Of a DNA stretch of 64,000 bases, positions 23,688 to 55,432 are shown in pieces. Source of the stretch: Amoebidium appalachense (Eukaryota > Protista > Ichthyosporea); the NCBI GenBank assembly GCA_963693365.1, contig CAVNZM010000007.1, positions 4,275,962 through 4,339,961 of the forward strand, in the 5' to 3' direction. How positions within the stretch are numbered: position 1 is the stretch's first letter; the number at the start of each line of letters is the position of its first letter. The position numbers were made by a program, and so were the translations under genes. The notes beneath the pieces were generated by a model that ran no database searches, was not told the DNA's origin, and worked only from the letters and a program-made list of their open reading frames with translations.

Positions 23688-25307
23688 TCATTGTCCTCCA
23701 CCTGCGGGTGCATGGACAGCCATCGTGTCCAGCACAGACGGCTCCACATGCCCGCCTAACCCAGTACCTGTTGGTGGTTTCTCCAGACCTTCATGCCTCT
23801 CAAATACATCCCCTGTATTCAACGTCCCCTTTCCCTTCTCATACAGGCTCTTGGAGGGTCTTTCTATGCCGCTAATAAACGTTAACATGGCTAGCTCTAG
23901 CTCCGTATTCCTGTGCACGGTGGATGTGGACCCGCGTCACCGCGTGTCTGTCCGTCAGGGGTACATGACAGTGTGCGTGTGCGTTGAACCTCTAAATCTC
24001 TAGATCTATTCGTCACCGAGCCTGTTTGTGATGATGTGCAAGGCAGCCTCTGTGCAGACCTGACGGCCTGAAGGAGATAGACAATGAGAATCACCACGTG
24101 TGCAGACCGACCCAACAGCAGCACGGTGAACCCAAACCAGTTTGCCAACCGTGGCAGCTTAAAAACCTGCGACAAAAAGTAGCCGACAATGTAGAAACTA
24201 CTCATTGCAAGCAGGTACTTGGTCCGGTCTAGGTGGTGCCGCTTCAGGTCCCGCCGGCCCAAAAACACAGGCAGGACTACGGCCAGGCCCGTGATTGCAT
24301 ACACACAGTTGTTATGCGGGTGGCTAGCATTACGCTCTCCAACTGCTCGCCTGCCCTTTCGGGGGGTTATGCCTGTAGTTGTTGAGGGCACCCACACAAC
24401 AAGCTCCGCCGCAAGGAACAGGCAGGGGAGGACAAGGCAAGCGGCCAGATATACGTTTTGGGCATAGCGTGGCCACAGGCGTAGGCTGCTGTACTCCGAC
24501 GGGGACACCCACCCCGGCGGGCAGCTGAATTCGAACCTGGGCCTGCCAAAGTAAATGAGGGAGAGGCGGAAGAGCTGTGTGGTCATGGGCAGGACGATAA
24601 GCGGGTTGCCGAAGTAGAAGTTGACGCGCTGTAAGCCTAGAAACCGTTTTCTGGGCTGGAGTTGTGGCCTAACCTTTCCAGGTAGAACATGGCAGCAGCG
24701 TAGAAGCGCAGGGTATGGCCTACCAAAATGCAGCAGATCATCCACAAAGGCACACGGCTGGCCACCACCCGCCCCGAGTGTGTGCGCAGGTCGGCAAGCC
24801 GTCGGCGCAGGGGGTAGGCAGGCAGCAAGGAGCAGACCATGAGCCGACTCAGTGCAAGGTTGAGCCCGGCAAAACACCTCGTATGTCCTGGCCGAGACCT
24901 GCTGGCCCTGCCCACCGGCCCCACAAGCAGAGCCGCCACTGCCTGGCAGACACTTGGCCTCCGTAGCCGTACACACCTACAGTGACCCAGACCAGGGTGA
25001 TGGGCACCACCAGACTGATGCACAGGTAGTTGTACGGCATACGCCCCTTAAACTCGTCGGCAAGTGCCACGGCATATCGGCCGTCTCGTTTCTCATCGCG
25101 ATCGTTGAAGTCGTCAGCTTTGCCTTGTGGGTTCCTTTCGGGAGTTTTGGATCCGGAGGCCCTCAAGATCATGATCGATCTTGGGGATGAGTGATGTGGA
25201 CGCCCGACGGAAACCTTCCGTTGTGCAGCCTTCACTGAGCAACGGATGTTACCTCTCGGTACTCTAGTGACGGAGCTTCGAAGAGTGAACCTTGTGCATG
25301 TCGTCAT
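23688..25307 (-). pseudogene. Intronless multi-pass membrane protein (7TM/GPCR-like) broken across several reading frames
   Basis: Hydrophobic helices are spread over overlapping ORFs 24849-25307, 24637-25023 and 23897-24976 (LCISLVVPITLVWVTVGV; RVPLWMICCILVGH; FGNPLIVLPMTTQLFRL; VYLAACLVLPCLFLAA; YAITGLAVVLPVFL; LLAMSSFYIVGYFL; FGFTVLLLGRSAHVVILIVYLL). A polar tail lies in 23688-23918. Could also be an intact gene with assembly indels. Confidence 0.5.
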
Positions 25308-26413
25308 AAGCTAGCACTACTAGCTATATGGCCCCGGAATCAGAGTTTGAAGTCCTGCCCACCGTTGCAGGGATTGCTCGGATGCATCTTTCGAACTCCT
25401 TCACATGCATACGTATTTGGTGCTGTAGATGTGGCACCACTTAAAGTCATCTAATGCTGGGCGGATCTTGCCATGGGTACACTATTTAGTTGAAATCGGG
25501 AAATAAAAACCTGCAATGCTGTACATGTAACCTTTGAGCCAGGATCCCGCAGATATCGATCAAGACGCTTAGCTTCAAATTGCATGTTCCATTCAAGAAA
25601 CGACGGGGCTAATGGCCGTGAAGGTCCTACGTACACTCCTACTGTACTAAAAACTACTCGAAGGAAAACACTGCTGTGAAAGCGCGCCGTCCGCGGCACT
25701 GGCAGCAGCCGAAAGCACTCTCGCACTCAGCCAGAAGTTCTTCGGCATCGTAAACCCTATCTCATGGGCAGGGCAGGAATCCACAGTAGCTCATACACAC
25801 GCATGCGCATGGCTGTGTCTTCCGGACCGTGACAGTGTGGATGGCACTCGCAAAAAGAAATAATCATTCGATATTCACCATTACTGTGGATCCAGCAAGA
25901 AGAGGAAATTGGGATGGTTCACGGTCACCGGGTCAAGAGGGGCGTGGGCCAGGGCCTGCCAGGCGCCGCCGCGCTGGCACTTTGCACTGAACTTGCCAAG
26001 CTTACAAGGCACATTCCTTAGATCCATTGATGTCGGGTGAGCCAATTAAATGATGGGCAACAGTACAGGCATTCATTGGGCCAGCCTCTCAGGCACAGAG
26101 GGTGCAAATTCGAATCATTCGATTGTCATTATCAGGGCGATTTTCCTGCACTTATGTAGTGTGCAATTTGCGGTGCACAATATGCTTACATGATACAGAC
26201 ATAACAAAGATAGTAGAAAGCAAAGTCTGATGCAACGAGACCAATTCTTGTCCAGAACTTTCCAGATTATATAAAGTTGGCAACTCAGTTCACAGGCCCT
26301 TGTTGTTCCCATTGTACACCCATGTTTTGCATCGCTCACCGGGCTTCGATATTTTGTGTCCGTTCAAAGTTGGCTACAACAACTCCGAAGTCGACTGCCC
26401 CGACAATCCCGAG

Positions 26414-26626
26414 CAAGCCCGAAAATTCAGAAAATTTTGAAGGTATTTTTTCAAGCCCCGATGTATTTTGGGTTTCGGGTTATGGTATTTTTCGTACCAT
26501 GTCATTTGGCGGGGCACTGTTTGCGCAATCCAACCTCGGGAGTTGGCTCCGTATCATAGCCAGATGCTTGCGGGCACATGTCTTATGAGGGGCGTGCGCG
26601 CACGCGCAGATGTGTGTATGTGATGC

Positions 26627-26674
<48 letters not shown>

Positions 26675-26964
26675 CGGTGTGTGTGTGTGTGTATGTGTTT
26701 GTTTGTGTGAGTGTGTGTGTGTGTGTGTGCAGTGTGCGTGCAGTGTATGTGAGTGTACATGTGTGCGTGTGTGTGTGTACATGATGTGTGTGTGTGACGG
26801 TGTGTACATGTGTATGTGTGTTTGTCAGGGCTGATCAGTACGGGGGCCCGGGACGGGCGTGTACATGTGTGTGTGTATCATGATGTGTGTGTATGCCATG
26901 ATGTTTGATACGGTGTGTGTCAGTGTGTGTGTGTCATGGTGCGTGTGTACGGTGTGTGTCACAG

Positions 26965-27003
<39 letters not shown>

Positions 27004-27005
27004 TA

Positions 27006-27074
<69 letters not shown>

Positions 27075-27117
27075 CACGGTCACAGTGTGTGTGTGTCACG
27101 TGTGTTTGTTTGTGTGT

Positions 27118-27188
<71 letters not shown>

Positions 27189-27914
27189 AAATTTGTGTGT
27201 GTGCGTGTACGTCAGTGTGTGTGTGCATGTGTGTGTGTGTGTTAACGTGACACTATGTACATATGTGTGTGTGTGTCAGTCAGTCACGGTGGGTGTGTGT
27301 TACAGTGTGTGGCGAGCGTGTACGTGTGGTGTGTGTGTGTGGGTGGGTGGGTGTATGTGTGTGCTCTGTGTGTGTGTCACGTGTGTGTACTAGTATGGCA
27401 GTGTGTGTGTGGATAGCGTTTATGAGTGTGTGTGACGGTGTGTGCCGGTGTGTACGCTTGTACAACACTGTGTGTGTGCCACAGTGTCACGTCCGTGAGT
27501 ATATACCATATGTGTGCCGTGTACATGTGTGTCTGTGTACGTGTGGGCCGGAGTACTAGCTGTGTGCCGTCTGTGTACATGTGTGTGTGTGTGTGTGCCA
27601 CGGTGTGTGAAGGTGTGTGTGTGTGTGCGTGTGCGTGCGTGTGTGTGTGTGTGTGTGTGTCGTTGCCGCACGCGCACGAGCGCACACGTGCACGTGCACA
27701 CACAACTTTTCACACACATGCACACAAACACACACGTGGACACACACACACACCGCGCATACAAAAACAAACGGCACCGCGCGCACACAGGCACACACGC
27801 GCGTGCGCACGCACGGGCACACACACACACACACAAGTACACATGCATATGCGCACACACGCGCGCGCATGCACACACACACACACATGTACACACACAC
27901 AAACACACACATGT

Positions 27915-27970
<56 letters not shown>

Positions 27971-28050
27971 TCACACACACACGCACACACACACACACAC
28001 AGTAACACACAGTACGCACACACACATACACACACGAACACACGTGCACG

Positions 28051-28093
<43 letters not shown>

Positions 28094-28314
28094 ACACAGA
28101 CACACACACACACAAAACACACACAAACACACGCACACACACACACACACACATGTATACAGGCACGCACACACATACACGGACGCACACAGCACACACA
28201 TGTACACACACACCGTGGCACACACACACACACGTGGCGCCACTAGTCTTTGGAATATCCGTATCATGTGATGCCTGTATACGTATGATATCATGGTGGG
28301 GGGGGGGGGCCCGG

Positions 28315-28370
<56 letters not shown>

Positions 28371-28486
28371 CTTACCATGTCTTACCATGAAACCTCGGGA
28401 GGCTTACCATGAACCGAAAGTTTGTTGGTATTTTCAAAATTTTCTGGGTATTTTTTACCGTAAAAACGGGGTTATGGTCGGGCTTG
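26414..28486. mobile_element. Non-autonomous TIR DNA transposon (hAT-like, 8-bp TSD), 2073 bp
   Basis: Terminal inverted repeats CAAGCCCGA (26414-26422) and TCGGGCTTG (28478-28486). Inverted subterminal block CAGAAAATTTTGAA / TTCAAAATTTTCTG. Exact flanking direct repeat ATCCCGAG at 26406-26413 and 28487-28494. No transposase ORF. Confidence 0.85.
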
Positions 28487-29330
28487 ATCCCGAGTCACAT
28501 CCTGACACGTGCAGACAGCAGGCTGTATGTATCATACCGAGTTCACGATATCTACTTAATTGGCACAAGCATAAGATAAAAGTTTCTGTGCTGCTACTAA
28601 ATAGGCAGCTACCGTTAATCCGGCCCAGCTCTCATACCAGCCACGGCACGGAGCTGGATTGGGGCAACTGCTGGGCCGCTGGCCCAGTGCTGGCGGCCGC
28701 CTCAGATCATATTAGTGATGTGACTGCAATTATATTGTAGGTGCGGGGTGTTTTCTAAACACGCATGAATATTTTTGGGTGTAGCTCGATATATTTTCAT
28801 GCTTGGACACATGCTTGCCGAGGGCTCTCATATGCAGCGCAGGGCCAGCGTACATTTGTAGGTGGTGACTGGCCCCACGTGTAGTGTTGCATTCCGACGG
28901 GTGCATTTTTATCCAATCATTGCACTGCACTTCTGTCGCACAGTACATGCGGGTCACGAGTCGTCTGACTGACTCAGTCGACACTTCACCAACTAACTTT
29001 TTATCCAACTAGCATTGAATGTTAAGGACAGGTGTGCACGCTACTGCGCACAAGTACTGGAAAAGACTTTTCATAGTATACTCCAGCAGTGCTTGTAATG
29101 TATAGCCTACTACGCTTCAGGCAATAACCTGGTTCCCGTCACTCTGCCTTTCTTTGGTGCTTGGCGAGTGGCAGCATCCATAACAGAGCTCACCAATCTA
29201 CCGCTTTCTAGATTTCTATGTTTCGGCAACAGCTGTTTAACGACCTTGCACCGAAAATTTAATTTCATAGGCTCGTCTAAAATGAAATATATACTCACTT
29301 AGAAAGATTGAAAGTAACAAATACAGGAGA

Positions 29331-32779
<3,449 letters not shown>

Positions 32780-32821
32780 GGTGTGTGTGATGGAACGAAT
32801 GGACAGTGAAGGTGTGTGTGT

Positions 32822-32852
<31 letters not shown>

Positions 32853-33398
32853 GGGGGGGGGGGGAGGGGGGGAGGGGGAGGACGCGTGGCCATGGGCCGG
32901 GAGAAGTAAGAATAGTCCTCCTCGATGGCAAGGGTGGGCTTCTAGCAGTCTTAAGATTGCGTGATTTTTTTGTAGAAATCTTCAGATATGCGTAAGTTTT
33001 TCGTAGCAGTCTTCAGATTCCGTAATTTTCTTTCCTGGGGCACAGCCACCAGTAGCAATAGGCATCTTAACCATGCATGTATGTAGCCTTACTTTGATCA
33101 TGAATCTATGTACACGAATGATAGCAGCTAATGTAACCGCTTTGTAAAACAGTGAGGTCTGCCTGCAGACCCACACATAATGGACCATTTTGCATGAAGA
33201 AAGCGTAACAACCTACAACGGCAAAAAAAAAAAAAAAAAAAAAAAGGACACAGTCAAGCGAGGATGGTATTTGCTCAATGACCAAGTCCATGCTTTCCCT
33301 GATGCCTTTACAATACCGATACCTGTCACACCTCTTACGGCGGACACAGGCTACATGCCCTTGCGTCATTCCTACCTGTAAAAAAAAAAAATCCTTTA

Positions 33399-33444
<46 letters not shown>

Positions 33445-33720
33445 CCCCCACCCTCCCTCTCCCCAAACACTCGCACACACCAAAAAAAAAACAAATAATA
33501 ATTTTTTTATAAAAAAAACCATGAAACCACAAGCAACATGCACCTCTGCCCACACCAAAGCTTGTATAAAGTCCAAAGTTGCCTTCTCGTGTACCACACG
33601 ATGCACATGCATACAGTGATACCTGCCTCTGGACAACTGCAGGTGTGCGCACGTGGGCCAGCCACGTGTGGGTGTGTGTGTGTGTGTATGTGTGTTTGTG
33701 TGTGTGTGTGTGTGTGCTGC

Positions 33721-48643
<14,923 letters not shown>

Positions 48644-49314
48644 CTTTACGACTTCTATAACAAAACTGCTTCGTGTGCTACTGCAATCTAGACCCCTTAT
48701 CTGGTCCCTCAGCAAAGGTAAGTGACAGCAACTTGAAACTTGGCTCAAGGTGAAACGGCTTGTGTCGATGCACGTGTACGTACACACACAGCCCCTTTTG
48801 TGTGAGCCACGTTTACGATTACGAGAGATTGCGATCGATCGGATGGCTGAAGATATGTTTTGATACGGGTCGATCGGTTCGCGGTTTGAGTCGAGGGTGA
48901 ATTCAATTATTCGGCCCGACCGTGACAAATTTAAGTTATTGTCAGCCCCCTCTTGCAGGCTGTACTGGTACAGTACACTGCTTGTACTGCAATATTGGAG
49001 GGGGAAAAACATATTTTGACACCAATGCAATGACATTCCAATGTACATACATCACTATAACCTATGCGGTTATAGCTACATTTGTTTCGGGTTTTCTTCC
49101 ACAATTCTTTGACAAGCCGAACCGATTACCACGAGATGCCGCGGTCCGATCCAAGAAAATGGCGGGAAAACAGAACGGCAGCAACGGGCAGGCTGACTGA
49201 CAGGCGCAGACAGAACAAAAGGCAGAAAACAAGGGAACAGGAACATTGGCAATAGCATAGTATTAGCCAGGGCAACCACACATCACCCAGAGTTTAGTGT
49301 CAGCTTTCACGACC

Positions 49315-49955
49315 ATGTCCACTACCGCAAAGAAGTCGTCCGCCGCACAGCGCCGGCTGCAGGACCGGCTGGATGAGTTTACAGACAAAGGCACCAGGGA
49401 GCTGACCCTAGAGCTCCTTGTAGATTTCATCATCATCTGCAGAAATGGAGGGACGCTGAAGAATTTCGCGGCTGTCCAGGTGAGCGGGGGAGGGGGGGGG
49501 GGGGGGGGATAAAGGGGTTTGGTTGGGTAGGGTTAGGGCTAGTGCGGGCATATGTGGGGTCGTCAGTCATGGCGGGCTAAGCATGTGTTGTTTTTTGAAA
49601 GTCACCCAAGTATGAAGCTGCCAGCATGTTACTGATACTTCTCAATCCAGCAAATCCTCAACAAGACCGCTATGACACCAGCAGCGAAAAAGGTCTGGGA
49701 AGCGGAGAAAAAATACGAGCCAGAGGGGTAGGTTGAACACACTCGGTGGCAGTGTCATCTTGTGATGCTAATTACCTGTTTCTTTGTTTACTGTAAGTGC
49801 GGATTGCTTTTCTCCTTCAATAGGGTAATCGCTATTTCTGTCTGTGTAGCTAAGTGCATTCACGTCATTTTCAAATGTGTCATGTGTACTTTGCCCCCTC
49901 CGCTCCCTCCCACCCCCCTTCCCACTCCTCCTTTGCCCAGCCAATTTCGCATACA

Positions 49956-50017
<62 letters not shown>

Positions 50018-50062
50018 AGCCCATTGCATACACAAACATAAGCACACATGCACCCACACATA

Positions 50063-50126
<64 letters not shown>

Positions 50127-50934
50127 CACATCACACAAACACATACACGTACACGTACACGCACGCGCGTACGCATGCGCGCGCGCACACACGCACGCAC
50201 GCGCGCGCGCACACACGCACGCACGCGCACGCAACCCTTGCGCGCGCACACACACAAACACACACACGTACACGCACGCACGCATGCGCGCGCACACACA
50301 CGCACGCACGCGTACGCAACCCATGCGCGCGCGCACACACACACCCACACACACACACACACACACACCTACACACACAAACAGACGCGCAGACACACAC
50401 AAACACGTACACGTGGTCACGCACACAAACGCGCAACTCACGTTAAGAAGAAAAGTGACCCTTTTCGCCTGCATGCCTGTTACTCCACACAAGCACCTTC
50501 ACCTTCACATTGGAAGCACATCGGTGAGCCCGTACGTGTGCGCAAACACGGATGCTTTGACCCCACAACCCCGACCAGCATACAAGCATGCGCATGCATC
50601 CACCTGCATAGGACCGGGCTAGATTCGTAGGTCCAAGCCGGACACCACGGAAACCAAGGTTTTTTGTTGTGAGGGTGGGGAACTAGAGAGGTAGGACAAA
50701 GGGGAAAAGCACCGTAAGGATGCAGCAGTGGTGTCAGAGACAGTACGTGGACGTGGCTATGTTGTTGTGGTGCTTTCTCTCCCACTCGACTGGCCCATAT
50801 TCTGCTGTCATAACATATGCCCCTTTCTAGTACGGTGCGGTGTGGTCAGTACTCCATAACCCCCCCCCCCCCCCCCCCTAATAGACCAAAGGAAATTGTA
50901 ACTCACAGCTACTCGCACGGCCACACGCACACAT

Positions 50935-50977
<43 letters not shown>

Positions 50978-51748
50978 CTACCGCAGCAAGCAGTATGCAG
51001 GCAAGCAGGTAGAGACATCCAAGGGCCCCATCTCTGCGCTGCTGAAGTGGCGTGCTGAGGCCATGCAGGCAGCAGCAAAGGGGGGGCAGCTGGGGGAGAC
51101 AGAGGTGCATCTGCTTGCTGCACTGCTGCTGCATGATGGCAGTTTGGATGAGACGGGCAAACGCTCCCTGGGTACGTGCATGGTGGGGAAAAGGGGGGGG
51201 GGGGGGGGAAGGGGGGAGGGGGGGGGGGGGGGGAGGGGGCACAACTGCATGGTGGGTTGATGGTGTTCATCATGGGGAGGAGGTGGGGTGCATGGCGCGG
51301 AGAGTGGTGGTGGGGGGATTGGGTGGTGGTGGTGTGTGTCTGTTTGGGGGGGGGGGGGGGGGGGGGGGGGGGGTACATGGTTGGGAGGGTCTATGGGCTG
51401 GGGATGCATGCGGGGTGTGCGTTGGCGTAAATGGACTACCTCCCCTTTCCCTGCGTGAAAGTTGTCCGGTGAATCTTCCCCCTCCCCCCCTCCCCCCGCG
51501 CCACCCGGTCCCGTGATGATGGGCACTGCTTTTGACGCCTACTCTTGATGTTATGGCCTTTCTTACGTCATCGACGTAGCCTCTGCTCCGTGTCTTCCAG
51601 CTTTATTTTAAGTTTTTTTTTCCAGCTGCCCCCCTCCCCCGCACACACAGTAGCTTTGCATGTTTTTTCTTGCTTCAAGGCTTACTGCGGGAACTTTGTA
51701 GCCGCCGGTACCCCCGATGCTTTTGATTTGCACATATTACCAGAATCT

Positions 51749-51795
<47 letters not shown>

Positions 51796-52267
51796 ATCTT
51801 CACTTTCCGTGCCTCCGCCCGTGTCCGTGTGGGGGTCGGCGCCCCCATATTCTTTTTGGGGGGCCTTCCAAGGAGGTTCCCTATTTGGCTTGATGGGCGT
51901 ATATCTGGTGGGGCCGTTGCTATTTATAGACTGACCAATGGGCGCAGACTATCTGCAGGAGAATATGGACCTGGCGCCAAAGGCCCAGCGGGCCGTGGCT
52001 GCCCTGGCCGAACAGTGGTACAAGCCCGAGAAAGGTGTGTGCACGTGCAGTGGGGTGGATTGATTGGTTACTAGCAATGACTGGGTGGATGAAAGGGGGG
52101 TAGTGTGTGTGCATGTGCACTGTGACTTTGCTATCTCTTTGAATGTGCTTCTTGCTGGAACCACATGACTTCTGTTCCACACCCACATACACGAATGCAC
52201 ACATTCATGTGTGTGCACACAAACACACACACATGTACACACAGACAGACACAACACACACATGCAC

Positions 52268-52302
<35 letters not shown>

Positions 52303-52992
52303 TTTTGCCCCTCCCCCCTCCCCCCCTCCCCCCTCCCCACACCTCCCTGCTCAACACACACGTACACACATACACGGCATTGTGTGTTGCTTGCAAATAC
52401 TCCCCTGCTCATACCACCTATGCCGTACTAACATGTTATATGTGCAGCCAAGGAGCCAGAGAGGCCACGTAAGCGCAAGGCCCAGGGCACGGCTGCAGAT
52501 GTAAGTGTGAGCCGTGGGTGCTGCATGCTTGCATGTCCCCTACTTGCACTAAGTCGGTGCACACGAGGAAACACACGTCTAGATCACATGCATGCATGCA
52601 CTCCGACGGGAACCTGCACACACACTCACAGTCAGGCACACACGCGCGCGCGCACACACACACACCTTGAATAGCTCGGTGGCTCATTTCCTGTTATGCT
52701 GCCGATTACACGTGACAGACCAAGGAGATGCACATAGTATGGTGGCTGGCTCTAAATCCGCAATATTGCATGCAACTACACAAGCACAAGCACGTACATG
52801 CATGCACACAGTCATACTTGCAGGCACACACCCGTCCATGCCCCAAGCTAACCCATATACGAATGGCTGCAGGTGCCAGCCCCCGTGGGGGTGATATCAG
52901 TCAAGTATTCGGACAGGGCCGGGCACGTGTACAAGATGGTGACGTTTGATGCTGCCGGCACTGAGCTGAACACAGAGCTCCTCCCGGCATAG
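49315..52992 (+). CDS. Unrecognised 228-aa protein, 6 exons, divergent from NOP14; possible internal duplicated helical domain and basic NLS
   Basis: Exons 49315-49479, 49651-49727, 50987-51171, 51948-52034, 52448-52500, 52873-52992. All GT-AG with matching phases (0,2,1,1,0), giving an open 687-nt CDS: MSTTAKKSS...ELLVDFIIICRNGG...HLLAALLLHDGSLDETGKRSLDYLQENMDLAPKAQ...RPRKRK...ELLPA*. Confidence 0.82.
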
Positions 52993-54168
52993 CAACATCA
53001 ATACAGGGGCATGCCTGGGTATGGCACAGCCCCACCAGCACACGGCCCGACAGCACGGCTGGGAGCTGGGCATGGGGTGTGGGCCACTGCTACCTAGCCA
53101 AGACATTGGGGTGCGGGGGCTTGTGCCAACTGCAGACTCACCTGCTGCTAGGAGTTCATTTTTAAAGTTTTTGTGTTTCGAATTAGTTCACCGGGTAAGG
53201 GGGGAGGGGGGGGGGGGGGTTCTATTCGGTCTTTTTATGAGCTTTTTTTGGGTTCCCTGGGGCGGGCGGGGAGGGAGGGGGGAGGGGTCATATTTGGAAT
53301 CCTTTTTATGAGTTTTTTTTTGGGGTTCCCCCGAGGAAGGGGGGGGGGGGGGGGGAGGGGAGGGGTCCCGGCACGGAGTCAGTATATTGAAATTGTGTTC
53401 GGCTGTGTACGTTGTGCTGTCAACAATTGCAAGCCCCGGCTGTGCCCGGCAGAGCTGTTGAGGTTTTTGAAACCCACCTCACGCAAAAAGAAATGCACGT
53501 AGATCAAAAGCTGCCCGTCCCGTATGGGTTTTTGCACTGCCCATATGTTGGGGGCCGGCTGCCCCTGGTGTGAGTGCATGGCTTACTGCGTTCCCAGCAC
53601 GGTCACACACTAGGCAAGAGGGCCGCCCTGGGTGGGTTGTGACAGTGCATCGTGAGGGCAACAACGTGTGCAGACGGTAGCTTCGCTCTGGTCTAACCTT
53701 CCCAGTGGCTGGTGTGTGTGGTTATGGAGAAGCCGAAACAAGGACACTGGAAGAGATCATTCTATGACATGAGCGACTATATATAAGTCCCCCCCCCCTC
53801 CCCCCCCCCCCCCGGCACCCAGACACACACGTGTGCACATGGTCAAATGGCCTGCACACATTAACACACGTGCACACACATGCATAGATGCACACACAAA
53901 CACACATCTACACGCACGCAGCCTATCCGTGTTCGGCACCAGGTATGGCACCACTACTTACCACCATGCCACCCATCCAATTAAAATTCCGTGCACGTGC
54001 ATTTCCTAGCACATCGATGCATATGGCTGAAGCTGCTCATGAACTGTTGTCTGTGGGGTACGTGAACGATGCATCAGCTTGATTGCTACTAGCTTTTGAT
54101 ACGTAGCTAGGACCGAAGTTCGGGGAACTCACTAGTGAGTAGCATCATGATGGTTTGCCTGAAGTTTT

Positions 54169-54383
54169 CAGTGGCTGCCGCAAGGGGAAGGTTCGAACTC
54201 GGAACCCGTGACGTCCTCGATGATTTTCCTTTTGTTGGCCGATCGGTGTGTGTCGCATGTGTGCACGTGTGTGCGTGTGTACATGTGTGTGTGTGTGCTT
54301 GTGTGTGTTGGTAGACTAAGTGTTTGTGTGTGTGTACGTGTATGCCACAGCTTGTGTGTGTGTGTCACGGTGTGTGTGTATGT

Positions 54384-54415
<32 letters not shown>

Positions 54416-54434
54416 TGGTAGTGTGTGTGTGTTG

Positions 54435-54474
<40 letters not shown>

Positions 54475-55072
54475 TGTGTGTGTGTGTGCGCGCGCGATAT
54501 ACGGCGGAGAGGGGGGGAGAGCGAGGAGAGGGGAGGGGGGGGGGGGGGGGGGGGGGGGGGTTGTACAGGGGGTAACTTAGGATATCGACCATTACATAGT
54601 GCCATTTCAAGTCAAAGTTTAAAACTTAAAAAATAAATAAATAAATAAATAAATAAAATTAGACCCTACCAGGTGTTTCTAGATGGCCGTGGACCCTACC
54701 AAATCTCGTGGATTTTTAAGAGCCAACCCCCCCCCCCCCCCCCCCCCCCCCCCCTTTCCCCACCCCACGGCCCTCTGAAAAACCACCCCCACCCCCCCAC
54801 ACACACCCAGCCACCCACCACCCACCCACGTGCACCCAGCCTGCCAACCACCCACCCACCCACCACCACCGGTACCACCACCACCACCACTGATCGCGGC
54901 CTATTATGTGGTTCCCGGAAAATCAAAACCTATTTGTAATCAGCCATCCCCTCACGGTTACGACCGTATTTTTGGGTTACAATACCGAGCCCTTACGGTA
55001 CGTAAGTTAAACGTCAACACATGGGCAGAGGAATTGCTCAAATGCAACGACATTTCATCGGTGCCCCCGCAG

Positions 55073-55122
<50 letters not shown>

Positions 55123-55432
55123 ACCCCCAAAACAAAAATCTGTTCTCCACGCATGCATATACATATACAGGGCGTTGTATACTATACTACCTTGCAGCGT
55201 CGGTGCTCCATACATGTACCTCACTGGGTGCCACTGGGAGTACAGAAGTGTTGGCCTTCAGACTTGCCAATGGTGTCGGCACCTCATCATGCATATGTGC
55301 ACTGTGACGGCTCACAAGCATATGCATGCGAGCAATAAATAGCGCATCCCCTCAAACTGACAATGTGTGTTATACTCGAACCCGGTCTACGGCTCCTACT
55401 TGAACCCGATAAAAGACCATGGGCAGCCACTG
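54169..55432. mobile_element. Possible second non-autonomous TIR element
   Basis: 11-bp inverted termini CAGTGGCTGCC / GGCAGCCACTG, GAACCCG motifs near both ends, and internal degenerate (TG)n with the gtcacggtgtgtg variant also seen in the 26414 element. No target-site duplication found. Confidence 0.35.

Noticed and set aside
28730-29298. Short minus-strand ORFs upstream of SMYD
   Set aside because: No motifs, no supported splice pattern, and lengths are compatible with chance.
48644-49048. N-terminal extension of NOP14 implied by ORF 48419-49048
   Set aside because: NOP14 similarity begins at MAKRKRK (48643); the upstream part is the divergent promoter/UTR region.
54170-54215. tRNA or SINE suggested by a GGTTCGAAC T-loop/B-box-like motif
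   Set aside because: No cloverleaf, A-box or acceptor stem can be built on either strand.
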